Of a stretch of DNA of 64,000 nucleotides, positions 43,262 through 55,992 are shown piece by piece. Both the position numbers and the translations under genes were made by a program. The DNA comes from an uncultured cyanobacterium (GTDB lineage Bacteria; Cyanobacteriota; Cyanobacteriia; Cyanobacteriales; CAWUOF01), in the NCBI GenBank assembly GCA_963744145.1, contig CAVUSO010000001.1, forward strand, positions 4,512,001 through 4,576,000, written 5' to 3'. The notes below the pieces were generated by a model. It ran no database searches. It worked only from the letters and a program-made list of their open reading frames with translations, and was not told where the DNA came from. Every line of letters starts with the position of its first letter. Positions within the stretch are counted from its first letter, which is position 1.

Positions 43262-46200
43262 TTACCACTGGACACAAGCTTCTAATAATTCACCAGCAGT
43301 TCTAGCGTTCACTGGTTGGGAGAAAAAATACCCTTGGGCATATTCGCAGCCAAGTGCTCTTAGTTGGGCTAGTTGTTCGGATTTTTCTACTCCTTCCGCA
43401 ATTACATCCATTTCTAAAGCATGAGCTAGGGTGACAATTGCTCGCACAATTTGGGCATTTTCACTGCTAGTCAAAATCCGATTGACAAAAGACTGGTCAA
43501 TTTTTAAGTTATTAATTGGAAAGCGATGGAGATAACTTAAAGATGAATATCCTGTCCCAAAGTCATCCAGACATAATTCAATATTTTTTGCTCTTAATTC
43601 TAACAACATTGCTGTGGCGGATTCGGTATTTTCCATAATGACAGTTTCGGTAATTTCTAGTTTGAGGCAACTAGCATCTAATCCGGTTTCCTGTAAAATT
43701 TGATCAATTTGTTCGACTAAGTTTGGTTGTAAGAATTGTTTGCCGGAAAGATTGACGCTTATGGTTAAGGGTGAGTGTAAGGGAGCGCGGTTTTGTTCAT
43801 CTAGTTCTTTTTCGATCGCTAATACTTCACTATTATGACCATAAAATTGTCTTTGCCAGATCGCTAATTGCCGACAAGCTTCTTTTAAAACCCAGGTGCC
43901 GATCGGTAAGATTAATCCGGTTTCTTCTGCGACAGGAATAAATGTACTAGGAGGAATTGCTCCTCGTTCGGGGTGGAACCAACGGATCAGAGCTTCAAAA
44001 CCAGTGATCCAACCAGTACCGACGGAGACTATTGGTTGATAATAAACCTGAAATTCTTGGCGTTCGATCGCTCGACGTAGATCGTTTTCTAATTGTAGTC
44101 GCATCATTGCTTGGTCAAGCATAGTTTGATCAAACACTGCGTAGCTAGCGACTCCTCTAGCTTTAGCACGATACATCGCTATGTCTGCATCTCTGAGTAT
44201 GTCTGGGGAGAAGATGGGAGAGTGCAAAGACATTTCTGGTGATAAAAATGAGAGGTTGGGAGTTTTGTTACGCAGGTGGTTATTTTGAGATTCAGAAACG
44301 CTGCTAATGGCAATTCCAATACTGGTGGTGATGAAAACTTCATGTCCGTCAATGGTAAAAGGTGCTTTGAGCTGATTATGGATTTGTTCTGCGATTTGGG
44401 TGACATGGTTTAATTTGCAGATGTTTTCGATTAAAATCACAAAATGATCCCCACTTAGTCTGGCGATGGTAGATTTGAGAAAGTTGTTCAGGAAAGCTTC
44501 CATCCGCTGAGCGAAAGCGATTAATAATAGGTCTCCTACTCGATGTCCTAAGCTATCATTGACGACTTTAAATCGATCCAAATCTAAAAAGAAAACTGTA
44601 AATCCATAATCTGTTTCTTGCGCCGATCGCTGACTAGCTTGTTCGAGTCTTTCCATTAATAAATTGCGGTTTGGTAATCCAGTCAAAGCATCATGGAAAG
44701 CATTATAGATGAGTTTTTCTTCAGCGATTTTCCGCTCCGTGATATCCGTTTGAACACCAATAAAATGAGTTAAGTGATTTTGCTCATTATAAACTGGTGA
44801 AACTCGCAATTCATGCCAAGATATTTTTCCATCTGGCTGCACTTTTTTTAAGATAATTGTACTATCTTTTCCTTCAATTATTGCTTTACGCCATTTCTTT
44901 GATTCAATTTCATTCGTGCTATATCCTGGTAAAAATTTATCTAATTCGGGAGTTAAACACCAGGAATTTTCCAGCACTTCTTTGGCTGTATGACCTGTAA
45001 TTTCTTCAAAGCTTTTATTGACATAAACAATGGGATTATTATCTCTTTGAGCATCAGCGATTACCATCCCATCACTGCTATTTTCCATCGCTCTTTCTAA
45101 CAATCGTAATCTTTCTTCTGCTTGCTTCCGTTCGGTGATATCACGGGAGTTAACGACAAATCCATTAATGACTGCATTATTCAATAAATTACTAAAAATT
45201 GATTCTAAATAAATCCATTTTCCTTGATAATCACAAAATCGAAATTCAATCGTAATTTGGGTTTGTGGTTTTTCGATTGCTTGTTCAAAGGATTTTTTTA
45301 CTCTGGGTAAATCTTCCGGATGGATATAATCAAAGATATTTTTGCTGATTAAATCTTCCGATTTATAACCTAAAATTCGTTCCAGGGATGAACTTTCATA
45401 ACGAATCGTCCCGTCTGGTTCTAAAATTGTGATCGTATCGGAGGAATTTTGCACTAACGAACGAAAACGTTCTTCACTTTTAGCTAGTCCTTCTACTGCT
45501 TTTTTCCGTTCATCGATATTTAAAGCACTCCAACAGACTCCAATGACATTACCAAATTCATTAAAAACAGGATGGTAGTGAATTTCAAACCAATTGCGGG
45601 AAACTGAGTTGCCAATTATACTTTCTGTCATGGCATAATTTCCTTGCCATGCTCTTTGGAAATGTAAATTAAAGCTTTTAATATCCTGGGGGAGAATGTA
45701 ATGGTAAATTGATGTACCAATTTTAATTTCTTGGCTATAAATATGTCTAAATATTTCATTAGCCTTATAATTAAATGCTTGAATTTTATAATCTAAATCA
45801 ATTAACATAAAAGCTTGCATTCCGCTATCAAAAATGGCTCTTAAATTAGCTTCTGATTGTTTCAGAGCGGTTTCAGTTGCAGCTTTATCAGTAATATTGA
45901 TGGCAATTCCTGTCAGCCGAATTGGAGTTCCTAGAGAGTCGCGCAATAGGGCACCTTTTACTGATAGCCATTGCATCAATCCATTAGACCAAAATATCCG
46001 ATGTTCAATATCTAAATCTTCTCCACTTTCTAAACTCCGGGCGATCGCATTAGTAACTAATTGCCGATCTTCAGGATGAATAAATTCTAAATAGGTGGCA
46101 TAATTCCCCGTAAATGAATTTACTGAAATTCCAAATATTGCTTCGACATCTTCTGACCAAGATAGAACATTAGTTTGTAAATTCCAATCCCAAACTCCCA

Positions 46201-47035
46201 TCCGGGCTGCTTTAAGAGCAAATTGTAATTTGGCTTCATTATCGCGCAAATCTGCTTGTGCTTGTTTACGTTCCGTAATATCAATTCCTACCATAAAAGC
46301 TGCTTTACCTTGATTATATTTTTGGGCTACAATCAAGTAAGAACGATATTTATTATTAGTAATGGAAGTCATTTCATCCATGATTTCCATGTCTGAACTA
46401 GCAAAAAAATCCCGGACAAATTCCTTAAATTTCGGACTAGTACCAAGAAACCCAATATCTTTACCAACAAATTCTTCAGGAGATAAATCGTAGAGTTCTG
46501 CTAAATGTCGATTGACTCCCAGGTAGTGTAAATCGGCGCTAATCCAAGAAACAATCCCAGGTACAGCATCTAAAATAGTTTGAATTTGTTCTTTGGCTAG
46601 ATGTAGTCCTTCTTCGGCTTGTTTCTGATTAGTAATATCAGTAAATGTACTTAAAAGAGCGACTTCCCCATTGAAATTAAAAAACTGCTTCGATACCGAT
46701 GTCCAAAATATTGTACCGTCAGCTTTTTTAGCGCGGACTTCATAATTAGATACATAACCATTTTGTTGCAACGTCAGCATTAATTCTTTTTGTTCGATGG
46801 GGTCATAATAAAAATCGGGAGTTTGACTACCAATCAATTCCCGCATCGGTATCCCAAAAGTGGAGCTAATTTGTTCATTAGCATATAAAATCAGCCCATC
46901 TTCTACTCGACTGATTATCATCGGAATCGGAATTGCGGTAGCGATCGCACGGAATAACTCTTGCTCATCTCCGGATGGTACAGATGGAGATGGGGGATGG
47001 TTATCCATTTCTCGTTTTTGCTGAGATTGTTTCAC
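43262..47035 (-). CDS. Multi-PAS GGDEF-EAL protein (probable c-di-GMP phosphodiesterase)
   Basis: About six PAS domains, [10 protein letters not shown], degenerate SGDHF, and intact [20 protein letters not shown]. Start may be ATG 47008. Confidence 0.93.
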   Translation of the reverse strand: MKQSQQKREMDNHPPSPSVPSGDEQELFRAIATAIPIPMIISRVEDGLILYANEQISSTFGIPMRELIGSQTPDFYYDPIEQKELMLTLQQNGYVSNYEVRAKKADGTIFWTSVSKQFFNFNGEVALLSTFTDITNQKQAEEGLHLAKEQIQTILDAVPGIVSWISADLHYLGVNRHLAELYDLSPEEFVGKDIGFLGTSPKFKEFVRDFFASSDMEIMDEMTSITNNKYRSYLIVAQKYNQGKAAFMVGIDITERKQAQADLRDNEAKLQFALKAARMGVWDWNLQTNVLSWSEDVEAIFGISVNSFTGNYATYLEFIHPEDRQLVTNAIARSLESGEDLDIEHRIFWSNGLMQWLSVKGALLRDSLGTPIRLTGIAINITDKAATETALKQSEANLRAIFDSGMQAFMLIDLDYKIQAFNYKANEIFRHIYSQEIKIGTSIYHYILPQDIKSFNLHFQRAWQGNYAMTESIIGNSVSRNWFEIHYHPVFNEFGNVIGVCWSALNIDERKKAVEGLAKSEERFRSLVQNSSDTITILEPDGTIRYESSSLERILGYKSEDLISKNIFDYIHPEDLPRVKKSFEQAIEKPQTQITIEFRFCDYQGKWIYLESIFSNLLNNAVINGFVVNSRDITERKQAEERLRLLERAMENSSDGMVIADAQRDNNPIVYVNKSFEEITGHTAKEVLENSWCLTPELDKFLPGYSTNEIESKKWRKAIIEGKDSTIILKKVQPDGKISWHELRVSPVYNEQNHLTHFIGVQTDITERKIAEEKLIYNAFHDALTGLPNRNLLMERLEQASQRSAQETDYGFTVFFLDLDRFKVVNDSLGHRVGDLLLIAFAQRMEAFLNNFLKSTIARLSGDHFVILIENICKLNHVTQIAEQIHNQLKAPFTIDGHEVFITTSIGIAISSVSESQNNHLRNKTPNLSFLSPEMSLHSPIFSPDILRDADIAMYRAKARGVASYAVFDQTMLDQAMMRLQLENDLRRAIERQEFQVYYQPIVSVGTGWITGFEALIRWFHPERGAIPPSTFIPVAEETGLILPIGTWVLKEACRQLAIWQRQFYGHNSEVLAIEKELDEQNRAPLHSPLTISVNLSGKQFLQPNLVEQIDQILQETGLDASCLKLEITETVIMENTESATAMLLELRAKNIELCLDDFGTGYSSLSYLHRFPINNLKIDQSFVNRILTSSENAQIVRAIVTLAHALEMDVIAEGVEKSEQLAQLRALGCEYAQGYFFSQPVNARTAGELLEACVQW

Positions 47036-47571
47036 TGTTTTGTTGATCCTATTATCAGATGGTGAGGGAAATGTGACCCAAGGTCTTTCTTCATTAAAAG
47101 TATAGTTTTAGATGTCATAGGTAAATGAGGATAATACTTAATCTGATGTCCATTAGCGGTGAATCGAGATTGTGGCTGGAGAATAATTTTGTACCCATTC
47201 CGATAGTCTAATTATTTTTTCGGAGCAGGTGATTATTTTGGCTGTAAAGGTTAAACTATTTTTAAGATTTGCCTAATCTGTTATAAACAATACCTAGTAA
47301 TCAGGATATTTTCATTATAACTTCACCATTGGAGCGAGTAACAGACTCGATCGGTCCTGAAAAGTTGAAAGATTTGCACGCAAAAGGTAAAATAGCCTGA
47401 TGATCTGGGCAAAATTTTTCAGGTGGGAAAGTTTATTTGCGGCTGTTGTTAAAGCCAATCAGTGTGATTTATCTAGAATCCTTAATAATTGCCTGATGTT
47501 TAACAAGTCCATCAACCCTATTGCTGGCTACACTATATATTTGCGGATTTTATTTGAGGGAAAGTTGCTAA

Positions 47572-50181
47572 ATGTTGGAATCTTATCGTCAACAAGTAAG
47601 CGAGCGAGGGAAGTTGGGTATTCCCCCATTACCCCTAAATGCTCAACAAACAACAGCTGTCTGTGAGCTACTCAAAAATCCACCGACCGGTGAAGCAGAA
47701 ACCTTAGTTGAGTTGTTACGCGATCGCGTTCCTCCAGGAGTAGACCCCGCAGCTTATGTGAAAGCTGGATTTCTCACAGCGATCGCGAAAAAAGAAATCC
47801 AATGTCCTCTAATTGCACCCGAGTGGGCAGTCTATCTATTGGGGACGATGGTGGGTGGTTACAATGTTTCATCCCTAATCGATTTGCTCAAGTCTAGCGA
47901 TGTGAATATTGCCTCAAGTGCAGCTACAGCTTTAAGCAAAACCACGCTAGTCTTTGATGCTTTCCACGACATCCTGAGCTTATCCGATCTTAATCCTTAT
48001 GCCAAGCAGGTAATTGACTCTTGGGCTAATGCTGATTGGTTTATTGGTCGTCCCCAGCTACCAGCAGCCATTACAGTGACTGTATTTAAGATATCAGGGG
48101 AAACCAATACAGATGATCTATCACCTGCACCCCATGCTAATACTCGTCCCGATATTCCTTTACATGCTTTGGTCATGTTGGAATCCCGCGATCCTCGAGC
48201 TGGGGAAAAGATTGTTGAACTCAAACAAAAAGGATATCCGATCGCTTATGTCGGAGATGTAGTAGGTACAGGTTCATCCCGGAAATCAGCAATTAATTCC
48301 TTACTCTGGCATATTGGTAATGATATTCCTTATGTGCCAAATAAGCGCAGTGGGGGATATATTTTAGGAGGGGCGATCGCGCCAATTTTCTTTAACACGG
48401 CTGAAGATTCCGGAGCCTTACCGATCGAATGTGATGTCACCGGAATGGAAACCGGAATGGTAATTACAATCCATCCCTATCAAGGAGAAATTACCAACGA
48501 ATCTGGTCAAGTTATTTCTACTTTTACCCTGAAACCAGACACTATTCTGGATGAGGTTCGGGCTGGGGGACGTATTCCTTTACTAATTGGACGTACTCTC
48601 ACAGAAAAAACCCGTGCTGCTTTAGGATTAGAACCTAGTTCAATTTTTATTCGTCCCAAACATCCTGTCGATACCGGTAAAGGTTATACTCTCGCACAGA
48701 AAATGGTTGGTAACGCTTGTGGGTTACCAGGTGTACGTCCTGGGACATCTTGCGAACCCTTGATCACTACTGTTGGTTCTCAAGACACTACCGGTCCAAT
48801 GACTCGCGATGAGTTAAAAGAACTAGCTTGTTTAGGATTTAGTGCTGATTTAGTGCTGCAAAGTTTCTGTCATACCGCAGCATATCCTAAACCCGTTGAT
48901 GTGAAAACTCATCAAGAATTACCTGATTTCTTTGCTGAACGGGGAGGTGTAGCATTACGACCTGGTGATGGGATTATTCATTCTTGGTTAAACCGGATGT
49001 TATTACCAGATACAGTGGGTACTGGTGGTGATTCTCATACTCGTTTTCCTTTGGGAATTTCCTTTCCTGCTGGTTCGGGGTTAGTTGCATTTGCTGGGGC
49101 GTTAGGTGTGATGCCCTTGGATATGCCAGAATCAGTTTTAGTCAGATTCAAAGGTGAATTGCAACCGGGTATAACTTTGCGGGATATTGTGAATGCAATT
49201 CCTTATGTGGCAATTCAAAAAGGATTGCTGACAGTAGAGAAGAAAAATAAGAAAAATATCTTCTCTGGTCGCATTATGGAGATGGAAGGATTACCAGATT
49301 TGAAAGTTGAGCAAGCTTTTGAATTAACTGATGCGACCGCAGAACGTTCTTGTGCTGGTTGTACGATTAAGCTAAGTGTAGAAACTGTTTCCGAATATAT
49401 TCGTTCTAATGTTGCCCTATTGAAAAATATGGCAGCAAGAGGTTATCAAGATGGACGCACAATTATGCGTCGTGTTGCCAAAATGGAGCAATGGTTAGCT
49501 AATCCAGTTTTAATGGAAGCTGATGCTGATGCAGAATATGCGGAAATTATTGAAGTTGATCTGAACGAAATTAAGGAACCAATTGTCGCCGCTCCTAATG
49601 ATCCCGATAATATTAAGTTATTGTCAGAAGTTGCTAATGATCCAGTCCATGAGGTTTTTGTTGGCTCCTGTATGACGAATATTGGTCATTATCGTGCTAC
49701 TGCTAAAGTTTTGGAAAATGAAGGTGCAGTAAAGACTAGATTGTGGATTTGTCCACCAACCAGGATGGATGAAAAACAATTAAAAACAGAAGGGTACTAT
49801 GGCATTTTTGGTGCTGCTGGTGCTAGAACTGAAATGCCCGGTTGTAGTCTTTGTATGGGTAATCAAGCAAGAGTTGCTGATGGGGTGACTGTGTTTTCTA
49901 CTTCCACCCGAAATTTTAATAACCGGATGGGTAAAGATGCACAGGTTTATCTAGGTTCAGCAGAATTAGCCGCAGTTTGTGCTTTGTTAGGAAGAATTCC
50001 CACAGTATCTGAATATATGGATATTGTGGCGAAGAAAATTCATCCTTTAGCTGATGATTTGTATCGCTATTTGAATTTTGATCAAATTGTCGGTTTTGAG
50101 GATGAAGGAAGGGTGATTGCTCTAGAAGATATGCCCAAGATTGAAGATATTTTGGGGATTCCCGCAGGAGCTTTGAGTTAG
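47572..50181 (+). CDS. acnB: Aconitate hydratase B
   Basis: [34 protein letters not shown] and [10 protein letters not shown] motifs. Confidence 0.98.
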   Translation: MLESYRQQVSERGKLGIPPLPLNAQQTTAVCELLKNPPTGEAETLVELLRDRVPPGVDPAAYVKAGFLTAIAKKEIQCPLIAPEWAVYLLGTMVGGYNVSSLIDLLKSSDVNIASSAATALSKTTLVFDAFHDILSLSDLNPYAKQVIDSWANADWFIGRPQLPAAITVTVFKISGETNTDDLSPAPHANTRPDIPLHALVMLESRDPRAGEKIVELKQKGYPIAYVGDVVGTGSSRKSAINSLLWHIGNDIPYVPNKRSGGYILGGAIAPIFFNTAEDSGALPIECDVTGMETGMVITIHPYQGEITNESGQVISTFTLKPDTILDEVRAGGRIPLLIGRTLTEKTRAALGLEPSSIFIRPKHPVDTGKGYTLAQKMVGNACGLPGVRPGTSCEPLITTVGSQDTTGPMTRDELKELACLGFSADLVLQSFCHTAAYPKPVDVKTHQELPDFFAERGGVALRPGDGIIHSWLNRMLLPDTVGTGGDSHTRFPLGISFPAGSGLVAFAGALGVMPLDMPESVLVRFKGELQPGITLRDIVNAIPYVAIQKGLLTVEKKNKKNIFSGRIMEMEGLPDLKVEQAFELTDATAERSCAGCTIKLSVETVSEYIRSNVALLKNMAARGYQDGRTIMRRVAKMEQWLANPVLMEADADAEYAEIIEVDLNEIKEPIVAAPNDPDNIKLLSEVANDPVHEVFVGSCMTNIGHYRATAKVLENEGAVKTRLWICPPTRMDEKQLKTEGYYGIFGAAGARTEMPGCSLCMGNQARVADGVTVFSTSTRNFNNRMGKDAQVYLGSAELAAVCALLGRIPTVSEYMDIVAKKIHPLADDLYRYLNFDQIVGFEDEGRVIALEDMPKIEDILGIPAGALS

Positions 50182-50289
50182 AATTATTAGGAGGATGGGC
50201 AATTGTTAGTTAAATTTTTAATAAAAGACTTAATTTAATTAATTAATTGTCCATCCCTTAATTATTAAAGTGGATACTACCGGAGAAAT

Positions 50290-51834
50290 ATGCCACGTTA
50301 TTTAATAATTATAATATTAATATTAGGGATATTTTTCCGAATTATTAATCTCGATCAAAAACCCTACTGGGAAGACGAAACTTATACCTTATTCCGCTCT
50401 TTCGGATTTACTACAACTGAAGTGAGTCAACAACTTTTTACTGGTCAAGTTATTAGTCTTAATGATCTATTATCCTATCAAAAACCCTGGGCTAATCGAG
50501 GGATAATCGATACAATTAGATCATTAGCAACCCAAGTACCCGAACACCCACCATTATATTTCTTGCTAACCAAAATTTGGGCAATGATTTTTGGGAGTTC
50601 CAAATTCTCAATCCGCAGCTTACCGATGATTAGTAGTTTGTTAACATTCCCAGCACTTTATTGGCTGTCTTTAGAACTTTTTGCATCTACTACAGTAGGA
50701 TGGTTAACCATAGCTTTTTTTGCGGTTTCTCCCATCTGTGTTCGGTACGCTCAAGAAGCTCGTCCCTATAGTTTATGGCTGACTATAGTAGTGTTATCCT
50801 GTGCTGCTTTATTACGAGCTATCCGACAACCAAATAAACTCAACTGGGGGATTTATACTCTAACTGCAATATTAGGTCTCTATGTTCACTTACTGACAAG
50901 TTTATCACTAATTGCCCAGGGAATATATATTTTTATAATCCAGCGATTCCGTTTAAATAAAATACTTTTAGCTTATGTTTTATCATTAGTAATTAGCCTA
51001 GTAATTTTTCTACCTTGGATTTTGGTAGTTTGGAATCATCGTGAATCTGCGATCGCTACAACGCAATGGCTAAGAAATTCTCTTCCCTTATCATTTTTAG
51101 TGCAAAATTGGACTACTATCTCCCTTTATAATCTGTTTTTCCGAGGGGTGATTCAATCTGATCTGATTGTTAATTGTGTAACGATCGCAGTTTTATTATT
51201 AATCATATACTCCGGTTACTTTTTATATCGTCACGCTTCCCAAAAAGCCTGGTTATTCCTATATATCTTTGTGGTAACAGTCTTTTTACCTTTTATTATC
51301 TATGATTTAATTATTGGCGGTAGAACTTCGGTAATATTAAGATACTTTTTACCATTTTATATCGGAATTTATCTCGCGATCGCCTACCTATTAGGCACCA
51401 AAATTACCCCACAATTAACTAGCACATTCCCAACTAAATTATGGAAACTAATCACAATTCTTATTATTACAGGAGAGATTTGGTCTTGTGCTTGGGGGAC
51501 AATGGCACATACCTGGTGGGATGCGAGTGAATTTGACCTAAAAGCTAGCGCAGTTATTAATCAAGTATCTCATCCATTAGTTATTTCAGATGAACGATTA
51601 GGCTTAATTATGCCCCTCGCTCATCAACTAAAATCCGATACCAATCTGATTCTCCTACAAGAACCAAATTCACTCAAAATTCCTGAGCATTTTAATCAGA
51701 TTTTTTTACCTAACCCTAGCGATCGCTTGTTATCTGTAGTCAAGCAAAAGTATGGTGTACCAGAAATTATTGATAAAAATGAATTTAAAGGTTGGGACAG
51801 TCTTTATCTGTATCAACTTAAATCTCGTTATTAA
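50290..51834 (+). CDS. GT-C fold (family 39/PMT_2-like) glycosyltransferase
   Basis: YWEDETYT, EHPPLYF and YAQEARPYSL motifs; many TM segments. Confidence 0.88.
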   Translation: MPRYLIIIILILGIFFRIINLDQKPYWEDETYTLFRSFGFTTTEVSQQLFTGQVISLNDLLSYQKPWANRGIIDTIRSLATQVPEHPPLYFLLTKIWAMIFGSSKFSIRSLPMISSLLTFPALYWLSLELFASTTVGWLTIAFFAVSPICVRYAQEARPYSLWLTIVVLSCAALLRAIRQPNKLNWGIYTLTAILGLYVHLLTSLSLIAQGIYIFIIQRFRLNKILLAYVLSLVISLVIFLPWILVVWNHRESAIATTQWLRNSLPLSFLVQNWTTISLYNLFFRGVIQSDLIVNCVTIAVLLLIIYSGYFLYRHASQKAWLFLYIFVVTVFLPFIIYDLIIGGRTSVILRYFLPFYIGIYLAIAYLLGTKITPQLTSTFPTKLWKLITILIITGEIWSCAWGTMAHTWWDASEFDLKASAVINQVSHPLVISDERLGLIMPLAHQLKSDTNLILLQEPNSLKIPEHFNQIFLPNPSDRLLSVVKQKYGVPEIIDKNEFKGWDSLYLYQLKSRY

Positions 51835-51863
51835 TCTCATAATTTTGCCCAGATTCGATCAGC

Positions 51864-52826
51864 TTAACTCCCCATAGTCGGGATGATTAATCCTGAGTCG
51901 TGAAACAAGGAGCTACTCAAATAGCGTTCTCCAAAACTGGGCTGAATCATTACAATTAATTTTCCTTGATTTTCTGGTCTCTGACCAACTTGAATTGCAG
52001 CACATAAAGCAGCACCTGTGGAAATTCCTGACAATAATCCTTCTTCCCTAGCTAAACAACGTCCATAAGCGATCGCATCTTCATCACTCACGGGAATAAT
52101 TTCATCAATGAGCTTCAGATTGAGAATTTGAGGAATAAACCCAGCTCCAATCCCTTGAATTTTATGGGGTCCAGCTTGACATCCAGATAATACTTGACTA
52201 GCCATAGGTTCAACTGCGATCGCTTGAAATTCTGGTTTTTTCGCTTTAATTGCCTGTGCTACTCCAGTAATTGTGCCACCCGTACCTACACCTGCTACTA
52301 AAATATCAATTTTCCCTTCTGTATCTTCCCATATTTCTAAGGCGGTAGTTTCTCGATGAACCTGGGGATTAGCTGGATTACGAAACTGTTGCAACATATA
52401 AGCATGAGGAGTCCGTTCAACGATCGTTTGGGCACAACGAATTGCCCCACTCATCCCCTGAAACCCTGGTGTCAATTCTAATTTTGCTCCAAAAGCTTTT
52501 AACATTGCCCTGCGTTCCATACTCATAGTTTCTGGCATAGTTAAAATCAAACGATAGCCCTTCGATGCTGCTACCATTGCTAGAGCAATCCCTGTATTCC
52601 CAGAAGTTGGCTCAACTAAAATTGTTTGCTGAGGGTTGATTAGTCCTGCTTGTTCCGCAGCATTAATCATCCCCACACCAATTCGGTCTTTGACTGAAGC
52701 TGCTGGATTCATTCCCTCTAACTTGACCACGATCCGGGCTACAACTCCTTCAGCTTGAGGGATGCGATTTAATTGCACTAAGGGGGTACGACCAATTAAT
52801 TCGGTGATGTTATTAGCAATATTCAT
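51864..52826 (-). CDS. cysK: Cysteine synthase A
   Basis: [30 protein letters not shown] and PSFGERYLS motifs. Confidence 0.96.
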   Translation of the reverse strand: MNIANNITELIGRTPLVQLNRIPQAEGVVARIVVKLEGMNPAASVKDRIGVGMINAAEQAGLINPQQTILVEPTSGNTGIALAMVAASKGYRLILTMPETMSMERRAMLKAFGAKLELTPGFQGMSGAIRCAQTIVERTPHAYMLQQFRNPANPQVHRETTALEIWEDTEGKIDILVAGVGTGGTITGVAQAIKAKKPEFQAIAVEPMASQVLSGCQAGPHKIQGIGAGFIPQILNLKLIDEIIPVSDEDAIAYGRCLAREEGLLSGISTGAALCAAIQVGQRPENQGKLIVMIQPSFGERYLSSSLFHDSGLIIPTMGS

Positions 52827-53061
52827 AATGGTAGGCAGAAAATATGATCATCATAACAGTAGTCCGGACAGTCGGCGGAATAACTGTTTCAATGGCTTGG
52901 AGAATACTTGGGCGTAATGCTTCCTGTTGTTGATCAGGAGAGAGGATACGCCATTTGGCTAGCAATAGTTCTTCTGTCGTTACAGCGTATGACCGATTAG
53001 TGAAGTATAGCATTTGGGTCGAGCCTAGTCGAGACATTGTTGTCTAGGATGTATTTGAGGA

Positions 53062-53562
53062 GTTCATTCAGGTGATCTGTGGGGTTGGGCGGGTTCATTA
53101 AGGTTATTTGTGTGTGAATAATTAATCGGTGAACCCGCCCCTACAAATCCTGGTTGATGGTCTGTATCAATTCATCGACTAGACATTTTTCTGAGCTAAT
53201 TTCATCTTAATGTCTCAACTACCCTTCGACTACGCCCCCTTCGACTACGCTCAGGGCAAGCTTCGACTACGCTCAGGGCAAGCTTCGACTACGCTCAGGG
53301 CAAGCTTCGACTACGCCCTTCGACTACGCTCAGGGTAAACTCAGGGTAAACTCAGGGCAAGTGCTCGACCCAAGTGTTCTGGGACTTATCCCATTAGTCT
53401 TGCTCCACCGCCAAACCGAGCGGATTTGATGAATCCGACGGACAGAAAATCTATTTAAACATCGGAAATTAGATCACCTGTAGGGGCGGGTTCACCGATT
53501 AATTAGCCACACACAAATAACCTTGATGAACCCGCCCAACCCCACAGATCACCTGAATGAAC
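53062..53562. repeat. Two ~84-bp inverted REP-doublet (REPIN-like) copies, 53062-53145 and 53479-53562
   Basis: Near-perfect reverse complements, each containing GGGCGGGTTCA...TGAACCCGCCC and one GTAG end. Confidence 0.85.
53224..53361 (+). repeat. Tandem/nested CTTCGACTACGCTCAGGGCAAG small dispersed repeats
   Basis: Three exact 22-mers plus partial copies, with no spacers. Confidence 0.88.
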
Positions 53563-53676
53563 CCTGGTGTCGATGTTTCGACTACGCTCAACACAAGGCG
53601 TAGTCGAGATATACCCCATCTGGCCTTACAGACAACAGTGCTATACTTCATAAACCTGGAATAGGTTGTATGGTTG

Positions 53677-55011
53677 CTATCCAGATTTCTGTTTCGATTT
53701 TACCGCTTTGCGCTTGGGCTGGTCTTGTTTTTCGGCGCGAATCCGCTTTAGCAAGACCGATGCGGGTTCATCGTTGGGGTCTTGGGGCACTAACTCACCC
53801 CTGAAGGCTTTAGCAAGGGTGGCTTGCTCTAAGCGATCGCAGAGTTTGCTGGCTTTTTGATACTCCTGCTCGATCAAATCGATCGCTTTGAACAGTTTTT
53901 CAATTCTCTGGATTATTTCTTGCTGTTCTAGTAAAGTTGGAAGCCACAATTGAAGTGATAATAAACCTCGTTGATTAAGATTGACCATTGTTGAACCTAC
54001 AGCGTCAGTTTCTAAAGTTTCTACAGTGGTTGGAGAAGATAGGAATATCTGAAGATATTGTGGCAAGAGTTGAGGCTTAGGTCTAAGAATCATAGAACCT
54101 GTACCACAAAGCCATCCTTCCTGCTCTGGTTGAACAACTGCACAACGCCCAACAATTCCACGTCTGGCAATCACTACATCACCATTTTTAAGTATGAAAT
54201 CTGATAACTCCTCAGCTTTTTTAGGTGAAACAGTCATTTCATTTGAAGGAATTATTTTCCCAACATTAATATGCATGGGATTTACAATTGGAATACCTCC
54301 TTTCACATAATCAGATTTGTGTAAAACACTTCCAAAAGGACCAGTCTTTAATTCTGACAACACATTAGATAAAGAAATTAATTGCTTTGTTGAGGAATGA
54401 TTAGCACCTACATACCATTCTCCTGTAAGTTGCCCTGATATAGCAGCCGCTAATACTGCCTGTTTATAGCGATCGCACAACCCAGGCACCCGCCCCAACT
54501 CCTCACGAGCGCGGCTGTTGCGAGCAAACAGGTTGTCCAGCTTGGCAACAATACGGCGTTGCTCATTGAGGGGTGCTATTGGAAGAAAAATCCTATCTAA
54601 ATCTTCCTTATTAAACCCATTCTGAGCAGACCTAGATATAGATGCTAGAGGCTCTTGAAAATAAGATGTTTTCAGTAAAAGAAAAATAAATTTTCTATCA
54701 AAGTATTTTTCAAAAAAAATAACCTTAGCCAATGCAACATTATATGCGCCAGATTTACCAGTTAGAATTCTTCCAAGACTTGCACCATAGCGGGCAATGA
54801 GAATATCTTCTTGATTACACTTTCTCCATTTGTTGGAATCTCGAATATAAATCGCCTTATCGTCACTACTGAAATCGCGAATTTGCAATAACCTAACTAG
54901 ACCATCTACATAGGATTCTGAAAATTGTGATTTTGGAGGCTGTGTTCCTCCCTGAATATCAAGAAAGTCTGTAAATTTTGCTTCAACCCACCCTATTGGC
55001 AATTCACTCAC
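53677..55011 (-). CDS. hsdS: Type I R-M specificity subunit
   Basis: SELPIGW, APLNEQRRIVAKLD and LAKAFRGELVPQDPNDEPASVLL motifs. Likely GTG start at 55011. Confidence 0.95.
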   Translation of the reverse strand: MSELPIGWVEAKFTDFLDIQGGTQPPKSQFSESYVDGLVRLLQIRDFSSDDKAIYIRDSNKWRKCNQEDILIARYGASLGRILTGKSGAYNVALAKVIFFEKYFDRKFIFLLLKTSYFQEPLASISRSAQNGFNKEDLDRIFLPIAPLNEQRRIVAKLDNLFARNSRAREELGRVPGLCDRYKQAVLAAAISGQLTGEWYVGANHSSTKQLISLSNVLSELKTGPFGSVLHKSDYVKGGIPIVNPMHINVGKIIPSNEMTVSPKKAEELSDFILKNGDVVIARRGIVGRCAVVQPEQEGWLCGTGSMILRPKPQLLPQYLQIFLSSPTTVETLETDAVGSTMVNLNQRGLLSLQLWLPTLLEQQEIIQRIEKLFKAIDLIEQEYQKASKLCDRLEQATLAKAFRGELVPQDPNDEPASVLLKRIRAEKQDQPKRKAVKSKQKSG

Positions 55012-55104
55012 GCGGCTCGCCTCCTCTTGCGGCTCATCGTCTTCCAAATCTGAGATTATATACTACACAGCATCCTCAAAATCAGCGAATTGCAGAGCGA
55101 TCGC

Positions 55105-55449
55105 CTAGACATAGTACATCTCATCGCCAATAAACTCCCAAACCCTCGGACGAACCGCTTTTTTACTGAGCAAATCTACTTTGTTTTGCAACTTTTCCTC
55201 TAAAAAATCCCCCAGCGTCACTAGCTCTAGTCCTAACGGGCGATCGTAGTCAAACAGAATATCAATATCACTGTCAGACTTAGACTCACCTCGTGCCACC
55301 GAGCCAAATATGGCTAACTCAGTAATGCCCCATCGTTCATAAAGATAGGGTTTAAGCGATTGTAAAATAGGCATCACTTGACTTAATTCAGGAACAGCAG
55401 ACTCACGATTCATATTCATCCGTTTGTTCTCCTCTGGCATAGGAACCAA
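55105..55449 (-). CDS. MNT-type nucleotidyltransferase antitoxin
   Basis: IFGSVARGE...SDIDIL and KVDL motifs; start uncertain. Confidence 0.88.
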   Translation of the reverse strand: MVPMPEENKRMNMNRESAVPELSQVMPILQSLKPYLYERWGITELAIFGSVARGESKSDSDIDILFDYDRPLGLELVTLGDFLEEKLQNKVDLLSKKAVRPRVWEFIGDEMYYV

Positions 55450-55463
55450 AAATCCCTATCTAA

Positions 55464-55652
55464 TTAAAACTTGCATAAAACTGGCATTACTTTGTATTTA
55501 TCAGCAAGGTAGATACTATAGTCTTCCTCTGTAACTGATGAGTTTTTGGCAATCCCCCGCAGTCGAGCTAAATTTTTTCGTCTTGGGCTGGGGGTAGCTT
55601 CTAGTTTGAACGATGCCAAAAGAGATTTTAACTGCCAGCGATCGTCCATCAT
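55464..55652 (-). pseudogene. 5'-truncated antitoxin-like ORF
   Basis: Begins DDRWQL, which is the internal motif of the paralog at 55993-56238 (LPTDDRWAL). Ends EDYSIYLADKYK. Confidence 0.55.
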
Positions 55653-55942
55653 AACTCTAAACCCTGTTGCCGATATTTCGCTAATAAGCCTTTCTCGTAT
55701 TCGCTAGAAGGCTGGATCAAAGAAATCTCTAAGCGATCTACTTCTGCAAACCACTTTTCCCAAAATTTAGAGAGTGCTATTGGTTCAAGGTCATTTTTTA
55801 CTTGATTTTGCGGTTGAATACCTTGCCGAACATTTTTTTTATATTGCAGAAAATCAACAAAATCGATCACTAGATCAATCTCTTCAGGAGTCAGTATTTC
55901 TAGCTGTTGTAGCAGCTTATCCGTTTTTTGAATCGTACTCAT
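55649..55942 (-). CDS. DUF2281-like putative antitoxin, fused in frame behind a PIN-toxin stub
   Basis: LTPEEIDLVIDFVDFLQYK motif with its own ATG at 55942. The upstream 18 codons MKFLLDTNSCIIYLRGKN are a VapC N-terminus. Confidence 0.7.
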   Translation of the reverse strand: MSTIQKTDKLLQQLEILTPEEIDLVIDFVDFLQYKKNVRQGIQPQNQVKNDLEPIALSKFWEKWFAEVDRLEISLIQPSSEYEKGLLAKYRQQGLEL

Positions 55943-55992
55943 GTTCTTACCCCGCAGATAGATAATACAGCTATTGGTATCGAGCAAAAATT

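Noticed and set aside
52813..53037. 74-aa ORF upstream of cysK as a real gene
   Set aside because: It starts in a dispersed repeat and looks chimeric, with only a short antitoxin-like fragment; treated as debris.
53224..53361. Possible CRISPR array
   Set aside because: The repeats are directly tandem or nested with no unique spacers, and the same motif is dispersed elsewhere (1487, 53574).
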